The notes: generated by a model not told the origin, from the letters alone. Positions 43,058-57,040 are shown, counted from the first letter of the stretch. The stretch: 64,000 bases of DNA from Thecamonas trahens ATCC 50062 (GCF_000142905.1 NW_013657634.1:186001-250000); one strand, 5' to 3'. Made by a program: numbers and translations.

Positions 43058-44652
43058 AGTACGACTTTGCAGGCGTGCGCCATGGACCGGCCAAAGGGGG
43101 GGCAGCTGCGCAGGCGGAGGGGGGGGGGGGGGGGGGGGGGGGATAGGGGGGGAGACGNNNNNNNNNNNNNNNNNNNNNNNNNNNNNNNNNNNNNNNNNNN
43201 NNNNNNNNNNNNNNNNNNNNNNNNNNNNNNNNNNNNNNNNNNNNNNNNNNNNNNNNNAGGGGGGAGGAGGGAAGACGACAAGAGGGGACCGGTGGGGTGC
43301 TGTAGTTGGGGATGGGTATAGCCACTGCGAGTGGTGCCAGCCATGGCTGCCCCTTTCCCCTCCCTCTCCCCTCCCTGCGCGGTGAAAGCCCTCTCTGCCG
43401 TCCTTCCCAAAAAACGCCTGTCGGGGGAAGAGAGGGGGGGAAGGGGGGGAAGGGGGAGGGGGAGGGGGAGGGAAGAGAGGGGGGGGGGGGGGGGGGGGGG
43501 GGAGAGGGGGGGGTGGTACTCATGGCTGTGGATGGGATGGCTGTGGGTGGGCATTGGCATGCTGCTGGGGCTGCTGCTGCTGGGGCTGGGCGTGCTGGGC
43601 TGGTCTGAACGGTTGCAGTGGACGACCTCGACTCGATCCTTGCTGACCTCTCCGCTCAGGGCGGAGAATCGACCACAGCGTCGGCGCCGGCGACAGCGTC
43701 GGCGCCGGATGCGGCAGGCGGTGGGTCGTCGGGATCGGCGGGCGCGGGAGGTACAGCGGGTGGTGGGGATGATCTGGACGCGCTGCTGAACGATCTGGGT
43801 GTGCCCGAGAGCGAGACGCAGCGGCGGCCAAAGCGGGCGTCGGTGCGGATTGTGGCCAATCCGTCGCTGTCAGCCGAAACGGCAGCAGTGCTCGATGCGG
43901 TCGACTCGTCGGACGTGACGGCGGGCAATCCGGTGTGCGCCGGGTGCCAGATGAACATCTTTGGCTCGGTCCTCGAGGCCATGGGCTCCAAGTGGCATGT
44001 GGAGCACTTTACCTGCACCACGTGCTCGACCCAGCTCAAGACCGAGACCTTCCTTGTCAAGGACAACCGTCCGTATTGCGGAACGTGCCACGACCGTATG
44101 TTCCTCGACGTCTGCGCAAAGTGCAGCATGAAGATCACCGATGCGCCCATCAAGGCGCTCAACAAGCCGTGGCACGCAGCCTGCTTTGCCTGCGCCGACT
44201 GTGCCACAGTCTTTGCCGATGGCGACGGCTCGTTTGTGGAGCAGGACGGCGTGGCGTACTGCGACAACTGCTTCTCTGCCCGCTTTGGCCAGCGGTGCTC
44301 AAAGTGCGGCGGCGTCATCACCGAAAACGCCATCGACGCCGGCGACGGAAACCTGTACCACACCGAGTGCTTCAAGTGCAGCTCGTGCGACGTCTCCATC
44401 AACGCCACAGGCTCGACTTCGTTCTTCCAGGTCGACGGTAACCTGTTCTGCAAGGACCACGTTCCGTCCGGCGCCGTCACCTCGGTCATCTGCGACGGCT
44501 GCGGGCAAAAGGTGCTCGGCGACGCCGCCCTCGCCGGCGACAAGACCTACCACCCATCGTGCCTCAACTGCGACGTCTGCGGTTCGGGCCTTGTCGGGAC
44601 TAAGTTTTACATGCGCGACGAGTCGCGTGTCTGTGCCAGCTGCGCCGAGTAG
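43058..44652 (+). CDS. PXN: Paxillin-like protein (LD motifs + 4 LIM domains); proposed join(43058,43619..44652)
   Basis: DDLDSILADL and DDLDALLNDL LD motifs; four CxxC..HxxC(H)xxCxxC LIM domains. Acceptor TTGCAG|TG GAC GAC needs an upstream A, which the donor CCGAA|GTACGA supplies. Confidence 0.85.
43158..43257. other. Assembly gap (100 N) adjacent to poly-G
   Basis: Run of n characters. Confidence 1.
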
Positions 44653-44696
44653 CTCCACCGACCTCCCACATCGTCATCGAGGTAAACGCGCTTCTC

Positions 44697-47600
44697 TCAA
44701 AGGAATGAGAACCGCGTCGATGCCGCTGTTGCTGCCGCCACGCTCCGCGGCCGCGTGCCAATGCCGCTGCCGGGCAGTGCCGAGTCGGGCAGAAACGGCG
44801 ACCGCCCGCTCCGCCGAACTCCGTACTGCGTGCGCGACGCGGTCGGTCCGGGCCTTGTCTGGGACAACGCAGGCAAGTCAAGGAGCGACGAGATCCGCGC
44901 CGGCCCACCGCCCCGTGCCGGCCTCGCCGCACTCAGTCCAGTGGAGCCCAGTCGCGGCACCGTCTCGAACCGTGGCGCGTCGACCGAAGACGCCGACCGG
45001 AGTCCGGGTCGCTGGCCGACGTCGGGCGGGCTGCTGCCGGCCAGCTTGGCGCGGACAGCGTCGATCTCGGCTTGGATCTCTTCCAGTGTGGTGGGCGGCG
45101 CCGGGAGTGACGACGGCGCAGTAGCCGCGGCAGGCGCTGATGGCGTCGACGGCTCGCGCTCGAGCCACGCCGGACGCTCGCGTGGCGGCGCGCGCTCGTC
45201 CAGGACCGAGCTCGCCAACTGCCGCGGGGGCGTGGGCGGGGCGGCGAGAGCGGCGGCGCGGCGTCGGCGTCGGCGGAAGCAGCGGCGAGTGCGTCGAGCT
45301 CGCGGAGTGAGCGTGCCATGGCGGCCTCGGTGTGGTGGCGTGAGGCGCGGGCCTCGGCCTCACGCTGCTCGACGAGGGCGGCGGCGGCGGCGGCGCGGTT
45401 GCGGGCGGTGGCCAGCTCGGCGTTGAGCTCGTCGAGGGCTTCCTTCTCGGCGGCGGCTGTGGTGGCAAGCTCAGCGAGCGCCTGCAGCTGCTCGGTGGCG
45501 GCGGTGGCTTGGGCAAGGGCGGTCCGCTGCTCGGCGGCGGCGGCGCGGACACGCTCGAGATCGCGGGCGGCGTCCATGGCACGGGCCTGTTGTTCGGCCA
45601 TGCGGCGACCCTGGGCGGCCCGGGCGGCATGAAGTGCCTCGAGGTTCGACTCGAGCTCATGATAGGCGGCGGTGGAGAGCGCCGTGAGCTCGTTGGCGTG
45701 GCTGGCGACAGCCTGGATCTCGGCTTCGGTCTCGTCGACCTGCTCCTTGAGCGCTCGGTACTTGGTGTCTAGCTCACGCTTGCGCGTCTCGCACGAGCGC
45801 TGCTGCGAGAGTGCCGCCGCCCGCGCCGACTCGAGGACCGAGGTGCGGTAGGTGAGGAACTCGTCGGCCTGGGCGATCGACGCCTCGAGCGCCTCGTTCT
45901 CGGTGACGAGTGCGTTCTTGGCAGCGAGCGTCTCCTCGAGCTCGGCCTCGAGCGACCCGATGTCGCGCTGGAGCACAAGCTGCTTGTCCTCGAGGCGGGC
46001 CTTGGCGGTTCGAACCGAGTCGCGGTCGGCAGCCGCGATCCGAATCTGTTCCTTCAGCTCGAGCGCGGTGGTGCGAGCCTGGGCCTCGAGCGCCTCAATG
46101 GCGTCCTCGAGCTCGGCAAGCTTGGCGGTGTCGGTCCGGACTTCGGCGTGGAGGCTGGCAAGCAGCGACTCGAGCTCGGCCTTGTGCTTGGCAAGCAGCG
46201 ATTGCTCCTTGGCGTACTGCGTCGAGCGGCCCTCGAGCCTGTCCATCAACTCGACTTTGCGGCGGCGGAGAGCGTCGATGTCATCCTCCAGCATGTCATT
46301 CTCCTGCTTCAGCTCGGCGACAGCAGCGTCAGCCGGAGCCTGGAGCTGGAGGGCGGCGACCTCGGAGCGGATGTGTGCCAACTCACGCTTGAGCTCAGCG
46401 TTTCGCTCGCGCAGGGCGGCCGTGTCGCCAGGGGCGACCGCGTCCTGCGCAGCCGCGCTCCGCTCAGCTTCTGCGGCTGCCACGCGCGACTCCAGTCGCT
46501 CGTTCTCGGCCGCCAGGTCGGCCATGGCCATGGCGTCGAGCGAGTCGGTCGCGGGGGCAGACGCAGGCGACGGTGGTGGCACCGGAGCAGGTGTGGCACG
46601 CGAGCGGGCCGAGGCCCGTAAAGCCTCATCGCGTGCGTCGGCCTCCATCTGAGCAAGCAGCGCAGCCTCGTCATCGGCTGAGGACGACTCCATGAGATCG
46701 CCAAAATCGACCTCGCTTGACAACGACGCTGGTGCCAGTGCGGACGACGAGGCATCGGACGAGGCAAAAGCCGCAACGTCGATCGATGACGCCGACGACT
46801 CGGAGGCGGCGGCATGGTCTTGTGGTGTGAGCTGGATAGACATGGGTGGTGGGGGTGGCTCTGTGGCCTCGGCCTCTGCAGCAAGTCGCGCCTCTTCTTC
46901 GGCCTTGGCCTTGGCTTCTGCCTCTGCAGCGAGTCGCGCCTCTTCTTCGGCCTTGGCCTTGGCTTCCGCCTCGGCAGCAAGTCGCGCCTCTTCTTCGGCC
47001 TTGGCCTTGGCTTCCGCCTCGGCAGCAAGTCGCGCCTCTTCCTCAGCCTTGGCCTTGGCTTCCGCCTCGGCAGCAAGTCGCGCCTCTTCTTCGGCCTTGG
47101 CCTTGGCTTCCGCCTCGGCAGCAAGTCGCGCCTCCTCTTCGGCCTTGGCCTTCGCTTCCGCCTCGGCAGCAAGTCGCGCCTCTTCCTCAGCCTTGGCCTT
47201 GGCCTCGGCCTCGGCCTCTGCAGCTAGCCGTGCCTCTTCCTCAGCCTTGGCCTTGGCCTCGGCCTCGGCAGCAAGTCGCGCCTCCTCTTCAGCCTTGGCC
47301 AGCTGTGCCTCTTGCTCCCGCTGGAGCGCAGCACGCTCCGCTGCTTCCTTGGCCTCGGCCTCTGCAGCAAGTCGCGCCTCTTCTTCGGCCTTGGCCTTGG
47401 CTTCCGCCTCTGCAGCAAGTCGCGCCTCTTCTGCCTTGGCCTTGGCTTCTGCCTCTGCAGCGAGTCGCGCCTCTTCCTCAGCCTTGGCCTTGGCTTCCGC
47501 CTCGGCAGCAAGTCGCGCCTCTTCCTCAGCCTTGGCCTTGGCTTCCGCCTCTGCAGCAAGTCGCGCCTCTTCCTCAGCCTTGGCCTTGGCTTCCGCCTCG

Positions 47601-49412
47601 GCAGCAAGTCGCGCCTCTTCCTCAGCCTTGGCCTTCGCTTCCGCCTCTGCAGCTAGCCGTGCCTCTTCCTCAGCCTTGGCCTTGGCCTCGGCCTCGGCAG
47701 CAAGTCGCGCCTCCTCTTCAGCCTTGGCCAGCTGTGCCTCTTGCTCCCGCTGGAGCGCAGCACGCTCCGCCGCTTCCTTGGCCTCGCGTCCGTCGGCCTC
47801 CATGGCCTGGCGCAGCTGCTCAGACTTGGCAGCAAGCGCGTTTCGGCGGAGGACGAGTGCATCCTGAACGTCGTGCTCGTACTGAGAGACTTTGATCTTG
47901 TCGGGCACAGCCTCAAACGTGATCTGCATCGCAGTCGCCAAGGCGCGGATGGCATCGCGCTGCCCGTCCCACGCCTCGAGGTTGTCGCGGTCAGTGAGCA
48001 GTGAGTTTGACGAGAGCACGAGCGTCTGCGCCGCGCCCATGATGTTGTCACAAGCAGTCGAGACCATCGAGTTGCGATAGACTGCTTCGTCGCTCTCACT
48101 CTCGGAGAGCTGATCCATGCAGTACGCTGTGTACTCTTGAAGGACATCACGCATCGGCACTGCGTGCTGCAGCAGATCCGCCTGACTCGCCTTGAGCGAG
48201 CACACGCTACACACAAGGTCGCGCACAGTGCGCAACGTCTTGGCCGCCATGTCCATCTGCTTCTCGCCCGTGGCTGACTCGTCCAGGCTCCACGCCTTGC
48301 CATCCTCGTTCACCACAATGTCCGACGACGACGACTCAGACCCATCATCCGAAAGCTCGTCGTCGATAAACGCCAGCAAGTCGTCGGCATCGTCAACTGT
48401 CTTACCCTCCTTCTTGGCCTCGACAATGGTCACTTCGTCATCGCTTGACTTGTCCTCCAAAGCCGCGAGCATTGCCAATGCATCCTCGCTCTCGCCATTG
48501 TCCTTGTCATCACCATCATTGTTGGTGCCACCACCGTCATCGTCGTCCTCGTCTTCGAGCGCGGCGAGCATTGCGAGAGCGTCCTCGCTCTCATCGCCCT
48601 CCTTGTCGTCTCCGTCGTCATCGTCGTCATCGTCTTCTTCAAGCGCTGCTAGCATCGCGAGCGCATCCTCGCTCTCGCCATTGTCCTGGCCACCTCCGTC
48701 CCCGTCGTTGTCGTCGTCATCGTCTTCTTCAAGCGCTGCTAGCATCGCCAGCGCATCCTCGCTCTCGCCATTGTCCTGGCCACCTCCGTCCCCGTCGTTG
48801 TCGTCGTCATCGTCTTCTTCAAGCGCTGCTAGCATCGCCAGCGCATCCTCGCTCTCACTCTCAGCATCGTCACCGCCATCACCATCATCGCCGTCATCAC
48901 CTCCCAGCGCTGCAAGCATCGCCAGCGTATCTGCGTTGTCTCCGCCGTCATCCCCCTCGTCATCATCTTCATCTGCACTCTCCCATATCCTTGTTAGTCA
49001 GCACCACAACGCCCACCAGATCAACCGCCAACCAGCCACACCAGCCCGCCAGCCAATCAGCCCGCCAGCCACCATCCAGCCCGCCAGCCACCATCCAGCC
49101 CGCCAGCCACCATCCAGCCCGCCAGCCACCATCCAGCCCGCCAGCCAACACCCAGCCCGTCAGACTACCAGCCCACCAGCCCGTCACAGGGCATTCTTCC
49201 TGGCCGTCCCCGCCCGCGCCCCGCACACACCGCACACACCGCACACACCGCACACACCGCACACACCGCACATACGCGGACACACGCCACACAGGCACCT
49301 TACACATACCAAGCGCATTCAACTGATTGAGCATGTCCATGTCCAGTGATCCCTCAGACGAGCTCGCCTCCAGTCCGGCTAGCAAAGCCGCCACGTCCTC
49401 GTCATCCGACAT
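44697..49412 (-). CDS. Large acidic protein: repeated LD-like motifs, helical bundle, (AEEEARLAAEAEAKAK)n rod, coiled coil, Pro-rich tail; exons 49412..49310 and 48972..44697 with a -1 break at ~45240
   Basis: Exon 1 MSDDEDVAALLAGLE... Intron GTATGT..TGACTAAC..TGCAG, phase 1, joins the tracked 1328-aa ORF. The natural-looking C-terminus continues in ORF 44697..45218. Confidence 0.8.
46868..47785 (-). repeat. Coding 48-bp tandem repeat, ~17 copies of AEEEARLAAEAEAKAK in two duplicated blocks
   Basis: Seen in DNA and translation; the spacer EAAERAALQREQEAQLAK occurs twice. Confidence 0.95.
48993..49000 (-). promoter_or_regulatory. Canonical branch point TGACTAAC, ~20 nt upstream of the acceptor at 48973
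   Basis: Plus-strand gttagtca; matches the U2 branch consensus. Confidence 0.75.
49030..49270. repeat. Intronic minisatellites (CCAGCCCGCCAGCCACCAT)n and (CACACACCG)n
   Basis: 19-bp and 9-bp tandem units seen directly. Confidence 0.9.
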
Positions 49413-49798
49413 GGTTGGTCGGTTGGCGCCAAGGCGGCCGAGCGACGAGTGCCACTGCCTGCCTCCCAATGTTGACCATTTATTGGACGTTGTCACTCAA
49501 TATTTCCACCTCGGCCACCCCTCCGGTAACCGCTTGTGTTTGTCTCATGCCACAGATCGCCCCCACATCAGAGACAGTTGCTGTTGCAGTAGTGCGACTC
49601 GCTAAATGATCCTCTTCTCACGGAGACTTTCCCCCACTGCGAGATCATCTGCGTGTCTCTGGCGACTTGCGACTCCCGCATGAGACGTCTTTCATGCAGG
49701 AATGGTTTTGTGATCACGTTTTCTTTTACCGGGCGCACCTGTTTCGCAAGCTCACGAGCGCAACAACACCTTGACCAAGAGGAGGCAAGGACCATCGC

Positions 49799-52700
49799 CT
49801 ATTTATTCGCCAGTGCCTCCTCCACCCGTGCCACCCACACATCGGTCTTGACTCGCGCGGCAGCGGCGGTGCCAAAGACCTCCTCAGCCACTCCTATGGC
49901 CCTCGAGAGGAGGACCCGCGCCTCGCGACGGTTGCCAGACGCGGCGGCGACGGCGGCAAGGTTGGCGTGGTTCTCGGCGACTTCGATGTGCCGTGGACCA
50001 AAGGCGGCGACGTTGATGGCCATGGCGGCCTCGTACGCGGCCTGCGCCCCCTCGAGATCGCCAGTCATCTTGCAGAAGATACCATACGTGTTGAGTGCCT
50101 GCGCCTTCTTTGGATGCGAGGCGCCGAACCAGCGCTCAAAGGCGTCGAGGGCGGCTGCGATACGATCGGCGATGGCCGGCGCCGAGCTTGGTCCAAACGT
50201 CGGCCGAGCCAGCTGCGCCAGTGCAATGCCATTGTCATTCTCAGCCACCTCGCCAGCGAGGCCAGCGCGCTCGTTGATGGCCCGCGCCGCACAGTACCGC
50301 GCCTCGGCCGCGTCGAGCCGCTTCAGCTTGCGCAGCGCGTCGCCCTGGCATTGCGCCACCTGCGCCACCTTGGGGTGCTCGCTGCCGAGCGCATTCTCGA
50401 GCACACTCTGGGCCTGGTCGTACAACTCCATCGCTTGGCCGTACTCGCCCCGCTTCTTGGCGATCTTGCCGAGCGCCAGAAGAGTCTCGCCGACGTCACC
50501 GTGCTCGGGCCCAAGGGCGGCTTCGCGAATCTCGAGCGCCCGCGCGTACGCCTCCGCCGCTGCCGGGTAGTTCCCTAGAAGTCGATGGACGTCACCGAGT
50601 GCTGCCTGCAAGTCTGCCACCAGCGGCGCCCGAGGACCGAGGATAGCCTCGGCGGTCGCCAGCGCCCGCCCGTACTCATCGAGCGCCGCCGTGTACTTGC
50701 CTTGCTTTTTGGAGACGTTGCCGATGGCAGCGAGCGCCTCGGCCGCTGCCACGTGCCGCTCACCAAAGACGCGAACCGTAGCGGCGAAGACTGCGTCGTA
50801 CACAGCCTTGGCCTCGGCCCACTTGGACATTTTGCGCAACACGTCGCCCAGCCGACGAAGCTCGCGCGTGGTCTCGGGCGCAAAAGCCCCAATTGCAGCC
50901 TCGAGCACCACCAGCCCAGCCTCATATGCGGCGCGCGCCTCGTCGTACTTGCCGGCCTTCTTGAGAAGAAGGCCCTTGGTGCAGAGCACTCGTCCGCGCT
51001 TGGCGTCGCGCGGGCCGACCGCCCGGTTGAGCACAAGCTCTGCCCGCTCGATGTAGTCCAGCGAGCCGTCACCACCGATGCTGGCAAGTGCCACCAGCAC
51101 ATCGCCGGTTTTTTCATGGCTCGAGCCGTACGCCCGTGAGCATGTGTCCAGCGCAGCCTTGAGGACCCGCGCGGCTCCACGGAGCTGGCCGACTTCGCGA
51201 AGGAGCACACCCACCCGCAGCTGCGCGTCGGCAAGCATGTCGCGGGTCACTCGCCCACCCGACTCGTCAATGTACGCCCTCAGCGCCGCCTCGAGCGCAT
51301 CATCAAGCCCGGCCAGCTCCTCGCCCAGCACCGTCTTGAACACTCGCAGCAGCACCTCGGGCGGCATGCCCGAGCCCGAGTACATGCCCAGCAACAGCGG
51401 GACACTTTGCATGTTGGCCTCCAGACGTGCCGCCCTGTATGTCGACGGCTCGGCGTGAAGGAGTGCACCATAGATCTCGCCTCCTGCCCGCCCAAGAGCA
51501 TCCTCGTTCCGACGCGCTGCCGGCGACGCTGCCATCTCTTCAAAGTAGCCCACAAAGGTCTTCAGCAGCGATGCGGGGACCGCAAACTTGCTCGTCAGCG
51601 CTGCCGAGGTTGTTGGATGCGCAAACCGGAGCCGGGAGCGGGTGGTCCGGAGCAGCGGCGCTAGAGCGCGCGCAAACGGCCGCCACACCACCCGATCGCC
51701 GACCGAGAGCATGGCAAGGAGCTCATCCTCACGCACCCCGCCCGACGAGAAATGAACGAGCCAGAGCGCCTCGCGGACCGTCCCGGCACGCAGCCCGCTC
51801 GGGCCTTCAAACTCGGCCTCCCACCGCGCAAAGAGCTCTCCAAGCAGCGCCTCGGGCGAGTCAAGCGACGCGAGCCACGCCAGATGCGCATCAAGCGCTT
51901 CAAAGTCTCCGTACACCTTCAGCTCACCGAGGAGGACGGTGGTGAAGAGCGGAAGCCGCGCTGCCGGTGCTAACTGAATCATGTCCATCTGGACCGGTGA
52001 GAGTGTCTTGCCGACTGACTTGAGCGAGGCCGCTGCAAAGGTGGCAATTTGCTCGGGCGTCCACGGCGTGGGCCGAAGCGTGTGCGGGAGACTGTCGAGA
52101 ATGCGAACGGTGCCCGGCGCGCGCGAGACAACGAGTGCCACGTTCTCCGGCACGCGCCGGTCAAAGACAAGCGTGGATAGGCCTACGGTGCTGGCCAGTT
52201 CGTCGAGCCCGTCGACCATGATCAGCACTCGCTTGGCGGCGTTGGTTGCCCATCGGACTGTGTTGATGTACGCCGTCGACGCTTCGGCCAGCGACGCCGG
52301 TGGCCGCTCGGCTGCCAGCTGCGGGAGCTGCGCGGCGAGCGCAGCAACCAGGCCGCAGAGCACGTCGACAACGGCTTCACCACAAGTCACCTGCCACGCG
52401 GCAATGACGTCCGACTCGGACGCGACGAGGGAAGAAAACGCAGTCGTCATGGCGAGGCTCTTGCCGGCACCGGCCTCGGCCTCGACGACGGCGATGCGCT
52501 CGAGCGGCGTGACGTGCTGCGCGGTGAGAAAGGCGACAATAGCGTCGGCGACACCGCCATCGGGCCCGCGGATGTTCGGCACTTTCACATCCGCCATCCA
52601 CGGATTGGCCTCAAACTGGCGCGGGAGCGTCTCGGAAAGGTGCTCGCCGGAACCGCTGGCGGATGTGGAGCCGACGGGTAGGCCCTGGGCGGCAAAGAAA

Positions 52701-53569
52701 GCGTCGTCGAGGGCGAGACGGAGATCGCGCTCGACCATCTCACCAAGCTCCTTGGGCGAGTGGAAGAGGCGGACATGGAGACCCGACTTGCGGATTCGCT
52801 GCTTGAGCCGGATGAGTCGGAGCGTGTGGTACGCCGACTCGCCGGCGTGCTCGTTTCCGGCCGCGACGTGGACCAGATCGCGGGCGACGTTCTCGGGCTC
52901 GGACCCGGGGCAGCCGGCCTTAAAGTAGAAGAATGCGCGCTCGTAGACGGCCTTGGGATGCGCGAGCGCGCCAGCGACAACCTCGAGCTCAGTCATCGAG
53001 CACTGGCTGTAGTCGTGGACCCAAGAGTGGCCAGCCTCGGCCGCAGCGTCAAAGGTGGCGGCTAGCAGCGGATCCTGGGCGAGTGAGGGATGTGGCTGGG
53101 CCCATCCGTAGCGATCACCGAGAATGCAGATAAAGAAGGGAGCACACGAAGCGAGCTCTGCCAGACAAGTCTCCAGCACCTGACCCTGCGCAGCAGCATC
53201 TTTGGTGATGCCCCAGCGAAGATCAATGGCCGAGAAGTGGATGCCCACATCGCTGGCATAGGCTGCCAGCTCGGGCGCCGTCCGCTTGATCACCTCCTCC
53301 CGCTCGTTCATCAGATCGGTAAACGTCGACGAGACAAACACTCGCATGGTCCTTGCCGCCACCTGCTCCCGCTCGCCTTGGCCAACATCATGCAGGCCCC
53401 GGACCTTGCCCGGCTCGACCTTGCCCACCTTGCGCAGCGCTACGCTTCGTCGTGCCTCGCGCGTCTGTCGAGCAATCTTCATTCTCCTCGCAGCCCTGCG
53501 GTCCGCCTCGGCCGTCGCCACTCTCCGCCGCCATGCCACTCTACTCTGCTCGTAGTGTGTGTCGTCCAT
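49799..53569 (-). CDS. DUF4062 - P-loop NTPase (NACHT-like) - TPR protein (NPHP3/TTC41-like architecture)
   Basis: RVFVSSTFTDLMNERE..IDLRWGI..CLAEL..FFICILGDRYGW; Walker A AEAGAGKS; Walker B IMVDGLDEL; multiple 42-aa KLC-type TPRs (LGPEHGDVGETLLALG). Start taken as MDDTHYEQ after a low-complexity leader. Confidence 0.87.
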   Translation of the reverse strand: MDDTHYEQSRVAWRRRVATAEADRRAARRMKIARQTREARRSVALRKVGKVEPGKVRGLHDVGQGEREQVAARTMRVFVSSTFTDLMNEREEVIKRTAPELAAYASDVGIHFSAIDLRWGITKDAAAQGQVLETCLAELASCAPFFICILGDRYGWAQPHPSLAQDPLLAATFDAAAEAGHSWVHDYSQCSMTELEVVAGALAHPKAVYERAFFYFKAGCPGSEPENVARDLVHVAAGNEHAGESAYHTLRLIRLKQRIRKSGLHVRLFHSPKELGEMVERDLRLALDDAFFAAQGLPVGSTSASGSGEHLSETLPRQFEANPWMADVKVPNIRGPDGGVADAIVAFLTAQHVTPLERIAVVEAEAGAGKSLAMTTAFSSLVASESDVIAAWQVTCGEAVVDVLCGLVAALAAQLPQLAAERPPASLAEASTAYINTVRWATNAAKRVLIMVDGLDELASTVGLSTLVFDRRVPENVALVVSRAPGTVRILDSLPHTLRPTPWTPEQIATFAAASLKSVGKTLSPVQMDMIQLAPAARLPLFTTVLLGELKVYGDFEALDAHLAWLASLDSPEALLGELFARWEAEFEGPSGLRAGTVREALWLVHFSSGGVREDELLAMLSVGDRVVWRPFARALAPLLRTTRSRLRFAHPTTSAALTSKFAVPASLLKTFVGYFEEMAASPAARRNEDALGRAGGEIYGALLHAEPSTYRAARLEANMQSVPLLLGMYSGSGMPPEVLLRVFKTVLGEELAGLDDALEAALRAYIDESGGRVTRDMLADAQLRVGVLLREVGQLRGAARVLKAALDTCSRAYGSSHEKTGDVLVALASIGGDGSLDYIERAELVLNRAVGPRDAKRGRVLCTKGLLLKKAGKYDEARAAYEAGLVVLEAAIGAFAPETTRELRRLGDVLRKMSKWAEAKAVYDAVFAATVRVFGERHVAAAEALAAIGNVSKKQGKYTAALDEYGRALATAEAILGPRAPLVADLQAALGDVHRLLGNYPAAAEAYARALEIREAALGPEHGDVGETLLALGKIAKKRGEYGQAMELYDQAQSVLENALGSEHPKVAQVAQCQGDALRKLKRLDAAEARYCAARAINERAGLAGEVAENDNGIALAQLARPTFGPSSAPAIADRIAAALDAFERWFGASHPKKAQALNTYGIFCKMTGDLEGAQAAYEAAMAINVAAFGPRHIEVAENHANLAAVAAASGNRREARVLLSRAIGVAEEVFGTAAAARVKTDVWVARVEEALANK

Positions 53570-53964
53570 ATGGACCGCGAGGTGTGGGCGAGATGTGTCG
53601 GTGTGTGTGCCTGTGTGTGTGTGTGTGTGTGTGCGTGTGGTCAGGAGACTCGGCTTTGGACGGCTTTGTTCGGCGGAGGAACCATTGTTCTTTGGCTCTT
53701 TGGGAGAGGGGGGTTGGAGGAGGGGGGTTGGAGGAGGGGGGGGGAATGGGGTTGGAGGGATCGGGGTGAAGAGATTGGCTGATGGTGATGGTGATGGTGG
53801 TGATGGTGATGGTGATGGGCATGGCGGTGATGTGGTGGTGGTGATGGTGATGTGAGGCAATCTTAGCGGCAGATGGCGACACAATGAGGATGACGATATG
53901 GATCATACCACCTTTAGCCATGGCAATCAAACGAGGCCCATGTACACATGCACATGGTCTGTGA

Positions 53965-56574
<2,610 letters not shown>

Positions 56575-56815
56575 CCAGGACCATACCGTGACATATTTAT
56601 GATGCGTTGCCGCAGTTGCCCCTGCCATTGACCCGACCAACGCACCGCACGTGCCGTCCAGTGACGTGCGATGACGTCTGTGTTGCAACCGTGACGACAG
56701 CCGAATATTCGGGAACATTCGCCAGTTCATAAAACCCCGCGCTGACAGTCAACAAATAGCACCAAGTATTCCCGGCATACACACACACAAGATCATCAAC
56801 AACAGCATCATCAAC

Positions 56816-57040
56816 ATGGATACCATCAAGCAGACGCTCGGCCTCCAGGAGGAAAAGTCGCAAGAGGAAAAGGTGAACAACGCCGCTTCCGAGGCGGGTA
56901 CGGCCGTCAAGGACTTGGCGACCGAGACAGGCAAGCTGGTCAAGGACAAGTCCAAGGAGGTGGTCGATGGCGTGAGGGAGACCACAGCCCAGGCTGCCGA
57001 CGAGACTAAGAACGCAGTCCAGCCTAACGACGCCGAGTAA
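56816..57040 (+). CDS. 74-aa hydrophilic LEA-like/stress peptide
   Basis: K/E/A/T-rich amphipathic sequence with no C/W/F/Y; biased codon usage; CA-rich leader and TATA-like CATAAAA at ~56728. Confidence 0.7.
   Translation: MDTIKQTLGLQEEKSQEEKVNNAASEAGTAVKDLATETGKLVKDKSKEVVDGVRETTAQAADETKNAVQPNDAE

Noticed and set aside
42393-43560. ORFs with PQ, VAVG or LWLW repeats
   Set aside because: Translations of hexamer microsatellites spanning an N gap.
53570-53884. N-terminal extensions of tracked ORFs (also 63367-63645, 11582-11776, 11638-11892)
   Set aside because: Low-complexity leader sequence read from alternative upstream start codons; the downstream ATGs fit better.
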